A stretch of DNA of 60,287 nt, counting the filler. It is 4 parts of 4 records of this genome, joined end to end, with 100 filler letters (N's around TTAATTAATTAA, not from the genome) between each part and the next. Parts side by side here need not be neighbours in the genome. Positions count along the whole stretch, not along the records: positions 16,569 to 42,701 come from SRR20825019_1959; 3 more parts are not named here. One strand, 5' to 3'. A program made the translations under genes and the position numbers. Below the pieces are notes generated by a model. That model was not told the DNA's origin. It saw only the letters and a list, made by a program, of their open reading frames with translations, and did no database searches. Of the stretch, positions 30,201 through 40,031 are shown piece by piece (position 1 is the first letter of the stretch; each line of letters begins with the position of its first letter).

Positions 30201-32041
30201 GTCATCTGCGGATAACCACCGGCGGCCATGCGCTGAATAGATGCGAGGTTGTTCAGAGAACTCTCGTACCGAGATCCCAGCTCCACATCAAGGGCTGTGC
30301 GTGCTTGCTGGTTCTGAATGCGCGACTCGGAAAGTTCGCGCCGGATACTCTGCATCTCCAGTTCTGCTTCCTGGAGACGACGCGCAACTGCATCACCGGA
30401 CTGTTTTTCCTGCTCCAAACGGCCTGTGAGCTTTTGCTTCTCCAAAAGCCAGTCCTGCTCTTGCTTGCGCCATGCTGACCGTTCGTTGTGTACTGCCTTG
30501 CGGCTTTCCTCACGAAGGAATGCCATTTCATTGTTGTGATTGGCACGCTCCCGTGCAAGGTCTTCGCGAAGTTCCGCGACTTGCTGTGACATCTTGTCAA
30601 CAGTAAACTTAGCGTCACCAGTCCGATTGCGAATCTGCTCGTGGGCTTCTGCGAGCTCTCCCTTTAGCCGAATGACCTCATCTTTTGTGGTGCGGAGTTC
30701 AGCTACGGTCCTATTAAGCTGGTTCGTTTCATCCATTGCCCCCTCCTGCGCCTGCAAAAGCCTTTTCCGCAGCTGTTCCATCTCCATGGCCTGCGTCTGG
30801 TGCTTCTGCTGGGCCGCCTCCAACTCAGCCTGTGCACGCAGCACCTTCTCGTGCAACTCATTCTTGACATCAACAAGCTTGTCGTGGTCCTTGAGCTTCT
30901 CCTCTATCTGCTTCTTATCATCTACAAAGAGGGCACGATCGCTTTGCAGCGCGTTCATTTCCGAGTCATGCACACGCTTCAGCTCGGCCTTGTAGCGATC
31001 CATTTCATCGGATGACTGCCGCCTTAGTTTTTCTTTGAGAGTCTCGATGTCAGTGAGCCTCTCCTGCAGTATCTTGTCTTTTTCGGCAAGCCTCTCCTTT
31101 TCCAATTGAGCTTGTCTGGCCTCAATTTCGTTTGACCGCTTCAAATTTGACTCCTTGTTGCGAAGTTGCTCCATTTCGGCCAACATCTGTTGCCTATGGT
31201 CGTAGCTTTGGCGCTCGAATTGCTTTTCCTTCTCCTGGTATCGAGTAATGAGTTCATTCTCTCTCCGTTGCAAAGACTCAATCCTCTCCGCGTGAACTCG
31301 ATCCAAATCGGCACGAACTCTTTCAAGTTCCATCCTGTGCTTGTTGGATTCTTCCAAGCGAACCGCAGACAACTCGGCCTCACGGATGCGAGCCACCTCA
31401 GTAGATATCTCGATCTTAACCCTTTCGTCGCACTCTTGCTGATACTTCAACATGCGTTCTTCAATAGTGCGATTCGGGGCCTGCTTTTCCCACTCTGCAC
31501 GAACTAGGAAGGCGTCATCAATCGCCGCCAGCTTACGATCAAGGGAGGCGTCAGAGTCCGTCTGAGTTTCGATCTCTCTGTGATCAACGGATCGCATGCG
31601 CACTAACTCCTTCATCAAATGATAGAAGAGTGACCCCTGGCCCTTCGAATCACCACCCTTATCTTTGTGCTCGGCAACTACACGCTTGTACAGATCAGAG
31701 TTAGGGTCGACACCGGCTGCAGTAAGGATATCCCCTCCTTTGAAAATATGTTTGGGATTCATGCCTGTTTCGGGAACAAATACTGATTGAGTGTAAATGT
31801 AGTCACTAGTCTTCAGGTGCTCAAGCACCATGCTATTGATGGCCATTTGCATGGGTGTAAGTGGGGTGCTGCTAGGCTGAGGAACACCACCAACACCGGA
31901 GTGTTCCCGTTTCAACTCGCGAATCATATGTTCTCTCAATTGGGCCTTCAGCCGATCTACAACGCCAGCATGTCGCAACGTGCTGTACACGCGATCTCGA
32001 AGATCGGAGTCCTGCATTTCACCGGACGGCCGTGCCGCCAT
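27257..32041 (-). CDS. OFD1-like centriole/basal-body protein (LisH N-terminus, long coiled coil), intronless CDS
   Basis: LRDRVYSTLRHAGVVDRLKAQLRE...NSMVLEHLKTSDYIYTQSVFVPETG, then SLDRKLAAIDD and IEERMLKYQQECDER, which match my recollection of OFD1. Also an IQ motif, a CxxC-CxxC motif and a charged single-helix region. Confidence 0.75.
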   Translation of the reverse strand: MAARPSGEMQDSDLRDRVYSTLRHAGVVDRLKAQLREHMIRELKREHSGVGGVPQPSSTPLTPMQMAINSMVLEHLKTSDYIYTQSVFVPETGMNPKHIFKGGDILTAAGVDPNSDLYKRVVAEHKDKGGDSKGQGSLFYHLMKELVRMRSVDHREIETQTDSDASLDRKLAAIDDAFLVRAEWEKQAPNRTIEERMLKYQQECDERVKIEISTEVARIREAELSAVRLEESNKHRMELERVRADLDRVHAERIESLQRRENELITRYQEKEKQFERQSYDHRQQMLAEMEQLRNKESNLKRSNEIEARQAQLEKERLAEKDKILQERLTDIETLKEKLRRQSSDEMDRYKAELKRVHDSEMNALQSDRALFVDDKKQIEEKLKDHDKLVDVKNELHEKVLRAQAELEAAQQKHQTQAMEMEQLRKRLLQAQEGAMDETNQLNRTVAELRTTKDEVIRLKGELAEAHEQIRNRTGDAKFTVDKMSQQVAELREDLARERANHNNEMAFLREESRKAVHNERSAWRKQEQDWLLEKQKLTGRLEQEKQSGDAVARRLQEAELEMQSIRRELSESRIQNQQARTALDVELGSRYESSLNNLASIQRMAAGGYPQMTASYPAVFDPRASQGPYSAQQPPAPVQQPQAFEQPQAHPMMYTAPAGSSQFYPPPGFWESREWWQKDQRKKKKKKSRRERSSSSSSRTSSATSESSYDRKKKSKKGKRRSSAVSSRRSSKPASVDDNPVDEKWADSRRGSQGVGDGDNGRITAKNRYEQDDEVVVDLESDHSPPRKQSAPRKESDGAKPSVVKPSPAEQKKRDAAAVRIQAAARAFHHRRMFEYIKNEHNTELDDKLERLRGEVSILKYLPSKNATQKADFNRLVAYERALERDIRQAQSLRLKLRAKRDEERRLEERKRVEESNRRLEEQRQKEERARMATIMISPRLNLQKASSEGVGIDSSKWSKAHKKPSNSSEADSRPTSPVLSAAISVCGTCGATFRTGKDLKCPTCGTPLPGTESLQQSKPTSLSLQSQEFKMDAMKNLKERENEHEMKKRREEEEKQEREAEARRLREKEDEERHRQMEDDRQKREQERRDAMELLELRRKEEELRLQKEQRERERIERERQEKIRLEEEEEAKRAAEARRKEQEDMQRREEERKAEERRLEVEREREREEREKAEREKVERERAEKERQRLEEERRQREREQQLEEERRKEAARREREEVEHSELEIFDWSTNADDVYSGRSPIGKPPPGPHSHDDGPRSPTRDQSPPNYMAKRMSRESISSVDSERGRSPSGRQDKASKKAAKAAAKAAKKAAKEERRMQRSPSAGSDRVSSIDVSSSHDSNFTGSEGPSPRKSHGIIGAVKTVGKTIANPFRKSKKKNRDGSSGRLSVQSSTDSIGEIDLDEVHDASRTASRNPSPTDNHSKPASEGSVPVAVHKDPEPASSGAPPPVEVARPHSAVQDDVPSPTEVGLETEDLDSSTEIQPFDDDTEDSITRRRESLEKKKKEDEERLEQERKAKEAADRAEQDRRELEERQEKIRREREKEKEAAAAASSGPTGFGSGGPQVSDIKLEEFDDDDDFEDDFDLDTGDMY

Positions 32042-32229
32042 TATACCAGTCTGACCAACCTGCAAGGCGCTGACATTCGCCACTGTTTAAGTGAACACGT
32101 ACTTATCCTAGAGTCCAAAACGGCAAGTGTATGCCCAACTACCAACACCCTCAGCATTCCTTGGCAGCTGCGGAACAATCCGGCGCAGCAGAGGTGTCGG
32201 CGCGAGTCACCGTATCGTCTGGAGTCTTT

Positions 32230-33150
32230 CCCTGTCAGTGCTTGTTGGCGCCCGACAGGAGTGACAGCAAGAGAACAACCGCCACTACTGAGTCATCGTA
32301 GGGCGGGGCGTGGACTGGGGGAGGCCGCTCGGAAAGCACTGTGACGGCCCGACTCGTCGGAGCGCATTGGCATACCTTGGACAAGAACCAGCAGTGAGCT
32401 GAGCAGCCAGACGTGCGCCCCGGCTCGGCACACCGCAGCGCTCTGACCCCTATAGCTGTCCGGGGTGGAGTGCTCCGCGGCTCGCCACTCAGCGTAGCCT
32501 TTCCTCCCGCGGGTGGCAAACCGACTGAGGAGAGTAACTCACAGTCCGGACCGAGGGGTGGCCTGGCGGAGCCGGGCGCCGTCCGCCGGCAGCCGGGTCG
32601 CGCGCCGACGTCAAGCTCGCCCGTGATTGTTGACAGGAGGATCGCCTCACTGCTACTTCAAAAATGAAGTTTGGCGGGACGGTCCTTTGAATACTCATTG
32701 TATAATGGACAGTTGTAAATAGGTACATCTATATAACCAAATATCCTGGTAAAACGATCATGAAATCTACTCGAACCTTTTCTTGGTCTTGCTGTGCCTG
32801 CCGCGGGCAGCCGCCCGCCCGGCCGAGCCGGCGGCAGTGCGTCGTCCGGCTGGGCGCCAGGGCCGCCCGGCTGCCGGCGCCCGGCCGGGCGCCGCACGGC
32901 TGCGCACCGGGCCTCGACGTCACTCACTGAGTCCGCCGCGTGCCGGCCCGGCCAGGGCCCGGCCGGCGGCCGGGCTGACGGCGGCGACTGGCGGCCCGCC
33001 GCCCCCCAACTGGGTTGGAGCCTCTGTCGCGCTGCACTGCCGGGCAGGCTACTCCGCGGCACCGCCTCGGCACGCTGCACCGGCGGTGAAGTGAAAGCAA
33101 CTATTTGCTCGGAGCTGGCCATGCAGCCGGGCGCCTGCCCTGAGCCAGAC
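32230..33150. promoter_or_regulatory. GC-rich island pair with AT-rich core (about 32660-32785) between divergent genes
   Basis: Composition switch visible by eye; no credible ORF. Confidence 0.6.
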
Positions 33151-33210
33151 TGCCTTTTGCATCTGTGTATGAATAAAGGTTTCGAGCTATTTCAAGATAT
33201 TGTATAGAAA

Positions 33211-33810
33211 ATGAGAGTCTTCCTACTTCTCTGTATTTTAGGGGTAGCACTCGGGGTCAACGTAGAGTTGAGGGGCAAGCTCTCTGAAGGTTCTACAGAG
33301 ATGACAACTACCGGAAGCTATCCCGGGGTTTGCTTCGGGGTGAAATGCACTGGGGTGTGCTATTACAAGAAGACGGATAACTCGAAGGCGTTTGTGTGCA
33401 ACGAGTTCGGTATGGTGGCATCAGCAGACAAGCTTTTCGCAATGGAAAACGAGATGAAAGGGCTTGTTACTTGTGCGTCTATAGCAGACTGCAAGGAGTC
33501 TTACTGCAAGCGTTACCCTGAAGCTACCGAGTGCAGACTCAACAAACTGTCAAAGGCTTGTGTAGATGCAGAGTGTGACGGTACTTGCTATTACACTATT
33601 ACATCTAAGGGAAGGATGTTTATGTGTGAGAATGGGTCGGACTTTGCATCGAATATGAGCCAAATCTTTGTTCAGCCAGGACCTTTGGGAAAGAGCGGGA
33701 AGCGGGAGCCAGTGAAGTGCGACACCCGTCGTGCTGGCGGAGACTGCCAGTTCATTCACTGCAGCCAGCAGTCCAACAGCGCGGACTTACCAGAGTGCAG
33801 GACCATGTAA
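33211..33810 (+). CDS. secreted cysteine-rich protein with two tandem 8-Cys repeats
   Basis: Signal peptide MRVFLLLCILGVALG; repeats CFGVKCTGVCYY...ECR and CVDAECDGTCYY...ECR. Confidence 0.75.
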   Translation: MRVFLLLCILGVALGVNVELRGKLSEGSTEMTTTGSYPGVCFGVKCTGVCYYKKTDNSKAFVCNEFGMVASADKLFAMENEMKGLVTCASIADCKESYCKRYPEATECRLNKLSKACVDAECDGTCYYTITSKGRMFMCENGSDFASNMSQIFVQPGPLGKSGKREPVKCDTRRAGGDCQFIHCSQQSNSADLPECRTM

Positions 33811-34106
33811 TGTAAAGTACGTCAACATGAGGTAATTCAGGCTTTGCATAGGTCGTACGACGAGTGCTCAGAGAGCATTCAACACATCTGTGGGGCATAG
33901 AATGCGACTGCGAAGGGAGTACTTTACTCAGCACATAGCAAACACTCTACTAACTTCATATCCGACCCTAGGGCTTTCTCACCCCCTTCTCAGTCATTCT
34001 AGCACCTCACCATATGTACACAAGTGAGCCAGATCACTACCTAAATGATTGTAACTGCCTACTCCTAGCATCCTCAGCCAACTTTCCAATGCCTTACCAT
34101 GGCATG

Positions 34107-35028
34107 CTATTCGGTGACGGTATATTTAGCAAACAGATTCTCAGGTTTGGTCATGGCCTTGAACTCAAGATTGTTACCGGATGGGTCCTATGAAGTAGCA
34201 ATATGATACGACACTGTTAGGAAGAATCATCTACATGCTTCTTGTTGAACCTGCCCCACCTTGAAGAACATTGTCCACTGCTCACCCGGCTGGCCCTCAA
34301 AGCGCAGGTGAGGCTCAATGATGAAGCTCACACCTGACTTCTTGAGGTGTCCAGCGAGGCGCTGAAACTCTTCGACAGACAGTGCACATCCGAAGTGCGG
34401 TACGGGGACATCATCACCATCTGAAGCCAAGTTCACAAGTGTTAGTACAGCAGACCCTGCTGGTCCTTGCTAAATACAATACCAACTGGGTTGTAGTGAT
34501 CGGTAGCCCGGTAATCTGGCGTAGTCAAATGCTATGATGACACAGGAATCAGGCTTCAACATTCTCACAGGCCAAGACACAACATACTGCGACAATTTGG
34601 TGCCTGCAGTTAAAGGTGAGCTACAAGTCTTCTGCATTACAAGAGAGCCAAATATCATACCCGTATAGGTTGTAGTCAATCCAGTTCTTTGACGAACGCC
34701 CTTCCTATCCAAGGTTCAGTCCCAACCAATCTGAAAACCAACTTGCACACGACCAACCTCACACTGCAAGACATTTCCATAAAACTCTCGCGCCTTGTCC
34801 AAATCATGGACCTGTGGAAGCACAAGAAACAAAGCAGTAAGTCAAACATAGAAGCACCCTAGTTCTCACGGAAGGCTCACCGGAAACGCATGATGGAATG
34901 GATAGAGGGCACTCAAGTGCCTCGAAAACCTTACCGAAAGTGGCTATGTTGGCTACAGTTAGCACAGTTCATTTCCTAAAGAATAACCAGACACAGTTCA
35001 ATTCTACCTTGACGAATGCTGAAAGCAT
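34107..35028 (-). CDS. VOC/glyoxalase-superfamily protein, intron-rich, possible mitochondrial presequence
   Basis: Hand splicing gives MLSAFVK|PLSVRFSRHLSALYPFHHAFP|VHDLDKAREFYGNVLQCE|EGRSSKNWIDYNLYG|HQIVA|H...NPV|DGDDVPVPHFG...GEQWTMFFK|DPSGNNLEFKAM. Confidence 0.85.
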
Positions 35029-35124
35029 GTAGTCTTTTTCAGTGTGTTATTGTTCAGAACTGTATATGTGCATCCCTGATATCTATCAGACTTGGTGGTG
35101 GTCCCAGTAGCCCAAGCAAATGGT

Positions 35125-35645
35125 TCCGGGGACGCGTTAGCGGTCGACGGTCACTGGTCCAGCGCAGGCCCCGCCGGGGGGCGCCAGGCGCGCCACCGCA
35201 CGGCCGGGGCGTTCCGTTCAACCTAGCTGACTCCGTCCCGGCCCGGGGTCCTGGGCTCGGGAGCCGGACCGGCGAGCCGGACGCGGCCGCCACGGCGCCC
35301 GCGGCGGCACCCGCCTGGCGGACCTGGCATCAGGCCGGGCCGGGGGACCGGACACCGGCAGCCCGGCCACTCGACCGGACCCATCACTTCACGGGCCTGG
35401 CGGCGCGGCGGCCCAGCCGAGCGCCGCGGGGGCGCGCCCGGCGGCCGGCCAGGCGCGTGCGCCCCTCACGGCTCCACCGCCCGGCCCCGGCCCTTGCCGG
35501 CCCCGGTCGCTCAGGGGCCGGGCCGGGCACGGCTGAGCGGCCGGGCCGCTCGGTGCCCCGCGTCGGTGGTGGCTCGCGGGGCCGCCAAGCCGGCCCTTGG
35601 CTGCCGTGGGCCGGCCCCGTACCGGCGGGGTCCGGTCAGACGTCA
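35125..35645. promoter_or_regulatory. GC-rich island between divergent VOC and lpxD genes
   Basis: About 500 nt almost entirely G/C, bounded by AT-richer flanks. Confidence 0.6.
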
Positions 35646-35712
35646 ATAGTAGGCAAAGGGTAATTACTTAACTCAGGAGAGGTTATACTTCGGGTCATAT
35701 AACGTGGAGGTC

Positions 35713-36754
35713 ATGTGGAAGTCCGTCCTTCTACCATCTTCCAGGGTAAGTTTCTGTCAAACTTTGAAACTCCATCCCAGGTAACTGACTACTGACTTAA
35801 ACAGTGGGGTGGACTCTATATCTCTTCCCGGGGTTTATATATTTCGTGTCGCGATAGCGCGTACCACGTTCATCCTGGATCATATGTGCATGAGACGGCG
35901 ACTCTGTCTCATGGTGTTGTAATTGAAAGAGGTGCTAAGGTATCATTTTTTTTGCCCGAGTAAGTTGCTAGAATCTCAAACTTCTGTTGTGAAGGTCGGT
36001 GCCGGAGTTGTGCTCGGTGCAAATTCCGTAGTCGGTTCGGGTGTGAGTATAGGCCACAACTCGAAGATTGGATATAATGTGTCGCTATCCAACTGTAAGA
36101 TCGGATCCAACGTAGTCATTTTTCATGGAACATGCATAGGGCAGGTATGGATAAGGAACACATATGGCTCTCCATTTGAATGTAAAGTTGTCGCTCTAGG
36201 ATGGCTTTGGCCACAACATCGACCCACAAACTGGGGAGCTCCTGAAAAAGGAACAGGAGTTGTCTGTCGAAATCGGACATAATGTTGAGATTGGAGCAGC
36301 CTGCACTATAGACCGAGGCAGCTGGCGTAACACAAGCATAGGAGATGGGTGCAAGCTAGATAATCAAGTTCATTTGGCACATAATGTTGTTGTCGGAAAT
36401 CATTGTGCTATGGCTGCTATGGTTGGGATCGCAGGTATGTAGCGTGTACCACAGTGTCATCGTGCTCACTGACGCTGCCAATGATAGGGAGCGTTACCAT
36501 CGGTAACCGCGTTCTTGTCGGGGGGCAGGTTGGTATCGCACAGCATCTGCAAATTGGAGACGATGTTCATATCGCTGCAAAGAGCGGTGTGATGCACAAC
36601 TTGCTGGAAAAAGGAAAATATGGTACATATACGAAAGCCGTGCTTTTGCGAGCCTAACCATCTTCCAGGCGGTGTCCCCGCTATCCCACTTGTACAACAT
36701 CACAGACAAACTATTGCCCTAAGAAAACTAGCGGCAGTGTCGTACACAGAATAA
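35713..36754 (+). CDS. lpxD: eukaryotic UDP-3-O-acylglucosamine N-acyltransferase LpxD, multi-exon
   Basis: Hexapeptide repeats, CIGQ|DGFG, VEIGAACTIDRGSWRNTSIGDGCKLDNQVHLAHNV, GQVGIAQHL, AAKSGV, GVPA; interrupted by GT-AG introns. Confidence 0.88.
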
Positions 36755-36832
36755 GCTGAGTTTATAGATACAAAAACACGCCATGGAATTGTGCTTCTAC
36801 AAAGCCTCTGCACCGACAGCTCACGCGGGGCG

Positions 36833-38844
36833 TTATGAAGGTCTGCCGGGCGACATCGGATCGCTCTTGATTGTTGTTGCTGTCAGCACAGGGCTATCAA
36901 CTGGCATTTCTGTTTTCTTGTGCCAGCTTGCCATCGATTCGTCATTTGATACTGCACTTAAAGCACTGCCCTGCTCCCGTATTGAAGCCCGTCCAGTGTT
37001 CGGTGTCATCATGCGGTTGCCATCAGCATCCTCCGAGTCTCCTATTGAAACTTGCAGTGATTTCCGAAGCTCTGGTATTGTGGGTAGAGTAAAAGATGAT
37101 TGTGCAGGTAACTAATTCAAGATATCAGTAATTCGCCAGCAGAGACAACACTCAGCTTACCGTAGCGGATGCATTGGGGTGGGCCTTGTTGTGGATGTTC
37201 ATAAATGATTTGGCTGCAACCAACGCGGGAACAAAGAAAACCATCATATCGCCTTGTGCATTTCCACACGCAATCTGACGGCCGTTTGGAGATGCTGCAG
37301 TCGCATTAATCCAACCAAGGAACCCTCCAGGGCCTTCAACGCAGCCAACTTCTTCTATTGCTTCTGCTATATCATATATGCGCACCCTGTGGTCTCTACA
37401 TCCTGATATCACACGGAAACCACGCGAAGCGAACGCGCAAGTCAGAACCCAGTTACCATGATCCCCTATGATGGCAGTTGGCGATGATGGTGTCGCAAGA
37501 TTCCATAGCAAAACCTTTCCATCTTCCGAACCGGACAAGATAAATTGTCCATTCGGAGAGAATTGCACTTGTCTGTAGGGACATGGTCAACAATGCCATC
37601 TCTCCAGAAGGACTTCAGGGCGCTCACCTTACTGCCCCATCATGACCCCCAAGCGTATGTAACTGCTTAAGCCCCTTGACCTCCCACACATGCACCAGCG
37701 CATTGTATGTGCCAGTGGCTATCTGCCTTGAGTTGGGTGACCATGCAATAGTATATACCAGCTGTCCATCCTGACGACCTTTAGACATTCTATGTGCACT
37801 TTTCCTCCGGAAGTCAATGGCCCACACACTAAAGACACCCTTCCTGCACACATGGTTAAGGACCACACCCCTTACTCCTCGCACAGGCACTCTGACCTTC
37901 CAGCACATGCTAATCGTTTCGAATTAAATGAAAATGAACAACACGAGAGCTCGTAATCTTCGTTAACAGTGACCTCAGGACTTGATACCTTGGATATCAT
38001 GATTCCAGCCTCTTTTTCTCTTCTAAATATTTCCATGTGTACATTCCAAACCAGTACAAGTCCCTCCTGAAGAAAGATTCAGCCCTGCACAAGTAAGAGC
38101 GAGTCATTCCTTTCCTACCTGGTGACAAGTTGCAAGGTATGCAGAGTCGCCGGAATATGAACATGAGATAGGAGGTCCGCCAGAGAAAAAAGAACCCGGG
38201 TCCACCTCGGCCCTCAATTTGTGTGTATATGCATCCCATATCAATATCGATCCGTCGGCACTGCATGACGCTATTGCCTGAGCATCGGGTGAGAAAGCCA
38301 CACTTGTAATGGCGTCTTTGTGCCTCGAACTTCTAGTGCCTTTCAGATGAGTAATTTCTGAGTGTATTCTGAAGTCGTTGTTGTGGTCTCTCTTTGCCCC
38401 CCTGCTGGGTTTTCCCGATGACCAATCTCCCGCCCTGGTCATATCTAGAGGATTCGACATAGCGAACATGGCACCAAGAGAATATCGCCTTCCCTGTCGT
38501 GCCGCACTAGGGAAAGGCATAGTAGGATCTATGGCATTTGTCACTAAGTTAACTTGGGCCGCGGTTTGTGCATGGTCGGCTGCATGACGAGCCTTTTCCT
38601 CCGCTTTCTTTCGCATTTGCTGAGCCTTCAGCTGTGCTCGGGCATCATAAGCACTCTTCCTGCTCTGCTCCGCCTCGCGTTCTTCCTCCGCCCGCTTTAG
38701 GCGCGCTGCTGTTCGTTTAGATAGGGGCGATTCGCCAACCGGCTTTGATCCACTTGGAGGGCCTCGAGGAGACGGACCACCAATACTATTACTCCGTGGA
38801 GTGGTCAAGGAAGACCGGGGGCTGCGAGCAGGAGAAGGTGACAT
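36833..38844 (-). CDS. WD40-repeat protein with low-complexity termini, multi-exon
   Basis: HKDAITSVAFSPD...ILIWD, QFSPNGQFILSGSEDGKVLLWN, HGNWVLTCAF; short introns. Confidence 0.8.
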
Positions 38845-39039
38845 GGCCACGGCCCAAACGTACTGACGCCCTTCCTCCCCTTTCCTTGCATATGTTGAAG
38901 CCAAGAGTTCACACTTACTTCTAGAATAGAAGCGTAGGGCCCATTTCGCGGTAAGGGTGGCGTTATTACGATGGCCTAGCGGGCACGGGTGGTCACAGGA
39001 GTTCATCACCGTGGCAATGATAGGTTGGTTGGCTTCAGT

Positions 39040-39810
39040 GGGGCGGCCGCGCCACGGAAACCTATGGCACTCGGCTGCGTGACCGACCCGGCCCCCGGCC
39101 GGACGATCCGAACGGCCGGTCCGACACGGCGGAGTGAGTCGCCCAGCCCGGCCGGAGGGAGGTGGGAGTCCGGTCCGGCACACGACTTGAAGTGCCCGTA
39201 CCGCTCCCATCCGAAGCATAAACAACCGGTCAGTGATCGATGAGTCCATCCGTCACTGATGCAGTACGCCTCGGGTGCCTTGAAGGCGTACGCCCAGCGC
39301 AGGCCCAGAGCGGCAGCGCCACCGTTACTGTTCATGATTCGGAGTCCCATTATACGATATCACGATAGGTTAAGGTTTGTGGGCAATTATAAGACTTTTT
39401 ATGGTTACATATCAGTGGGCTAAAATTAGTCGCCCGGCCGGCACTTGATGGCCGGGCCCGTCCCGAGAGTCTGATACCACACCGAGGCACCGCCCGCGAC
39501 TCGCCGTGTTGGTCAGTCTCTGACGGCCGGGCGGTGCCAGCCGCCCGAGCGGCGCCATGCGGACCGCCGGCGGCGCGCGGCCGGCCGCGTGCCGGGCGTG
39601 CCGTGCCTGACCGGGCGGCCGCCGCCCGGGCCGCCCGCCGGCAGCCCGGCCCGCCGGCCACTGGCACGGCCGGACCGGCGCACGGCCACGCTCATCATAC
39701 GGCATGCGGGCGGCACGGGACGGAAGCTCACTCTCGGCCAGCCAACCCGGCGCGGTCCCCGGGTGGCCGCCCAGGGAGTGGCACACCAGCCGCCGAGACG
39801 CCCAACCCGT
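39040..39810. promoter_or_regulatory. GC-rich island pair with AT-rich core (about 39345-39430) between divergent genes
   Basis: GC blocks flank ATTATACGATATCACGATAGGTTAAG...CAATTATAAGACTTTTTATGG. Confidence 0.6.
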
Positions 39811-40031
39811 AGCTGACTTCTCATCAGTGTCGCACTCAAGTGCACTCCCAAGTTCGGGGCACGCGGTAACTTGCACTTTGTAGCTTACTCTCATTCTGGC
39901 TGAAGCACATAGGGATAGCGATGGGGGGCCACACGTCACGGAAAGCTACAAAGTCGGACATGTTGGTTATATCTATGAGAGTTAACTGTCACAACAAGAA
40001 TACCAGTGTTTTCTTACCAGGTTCTGAAAGG

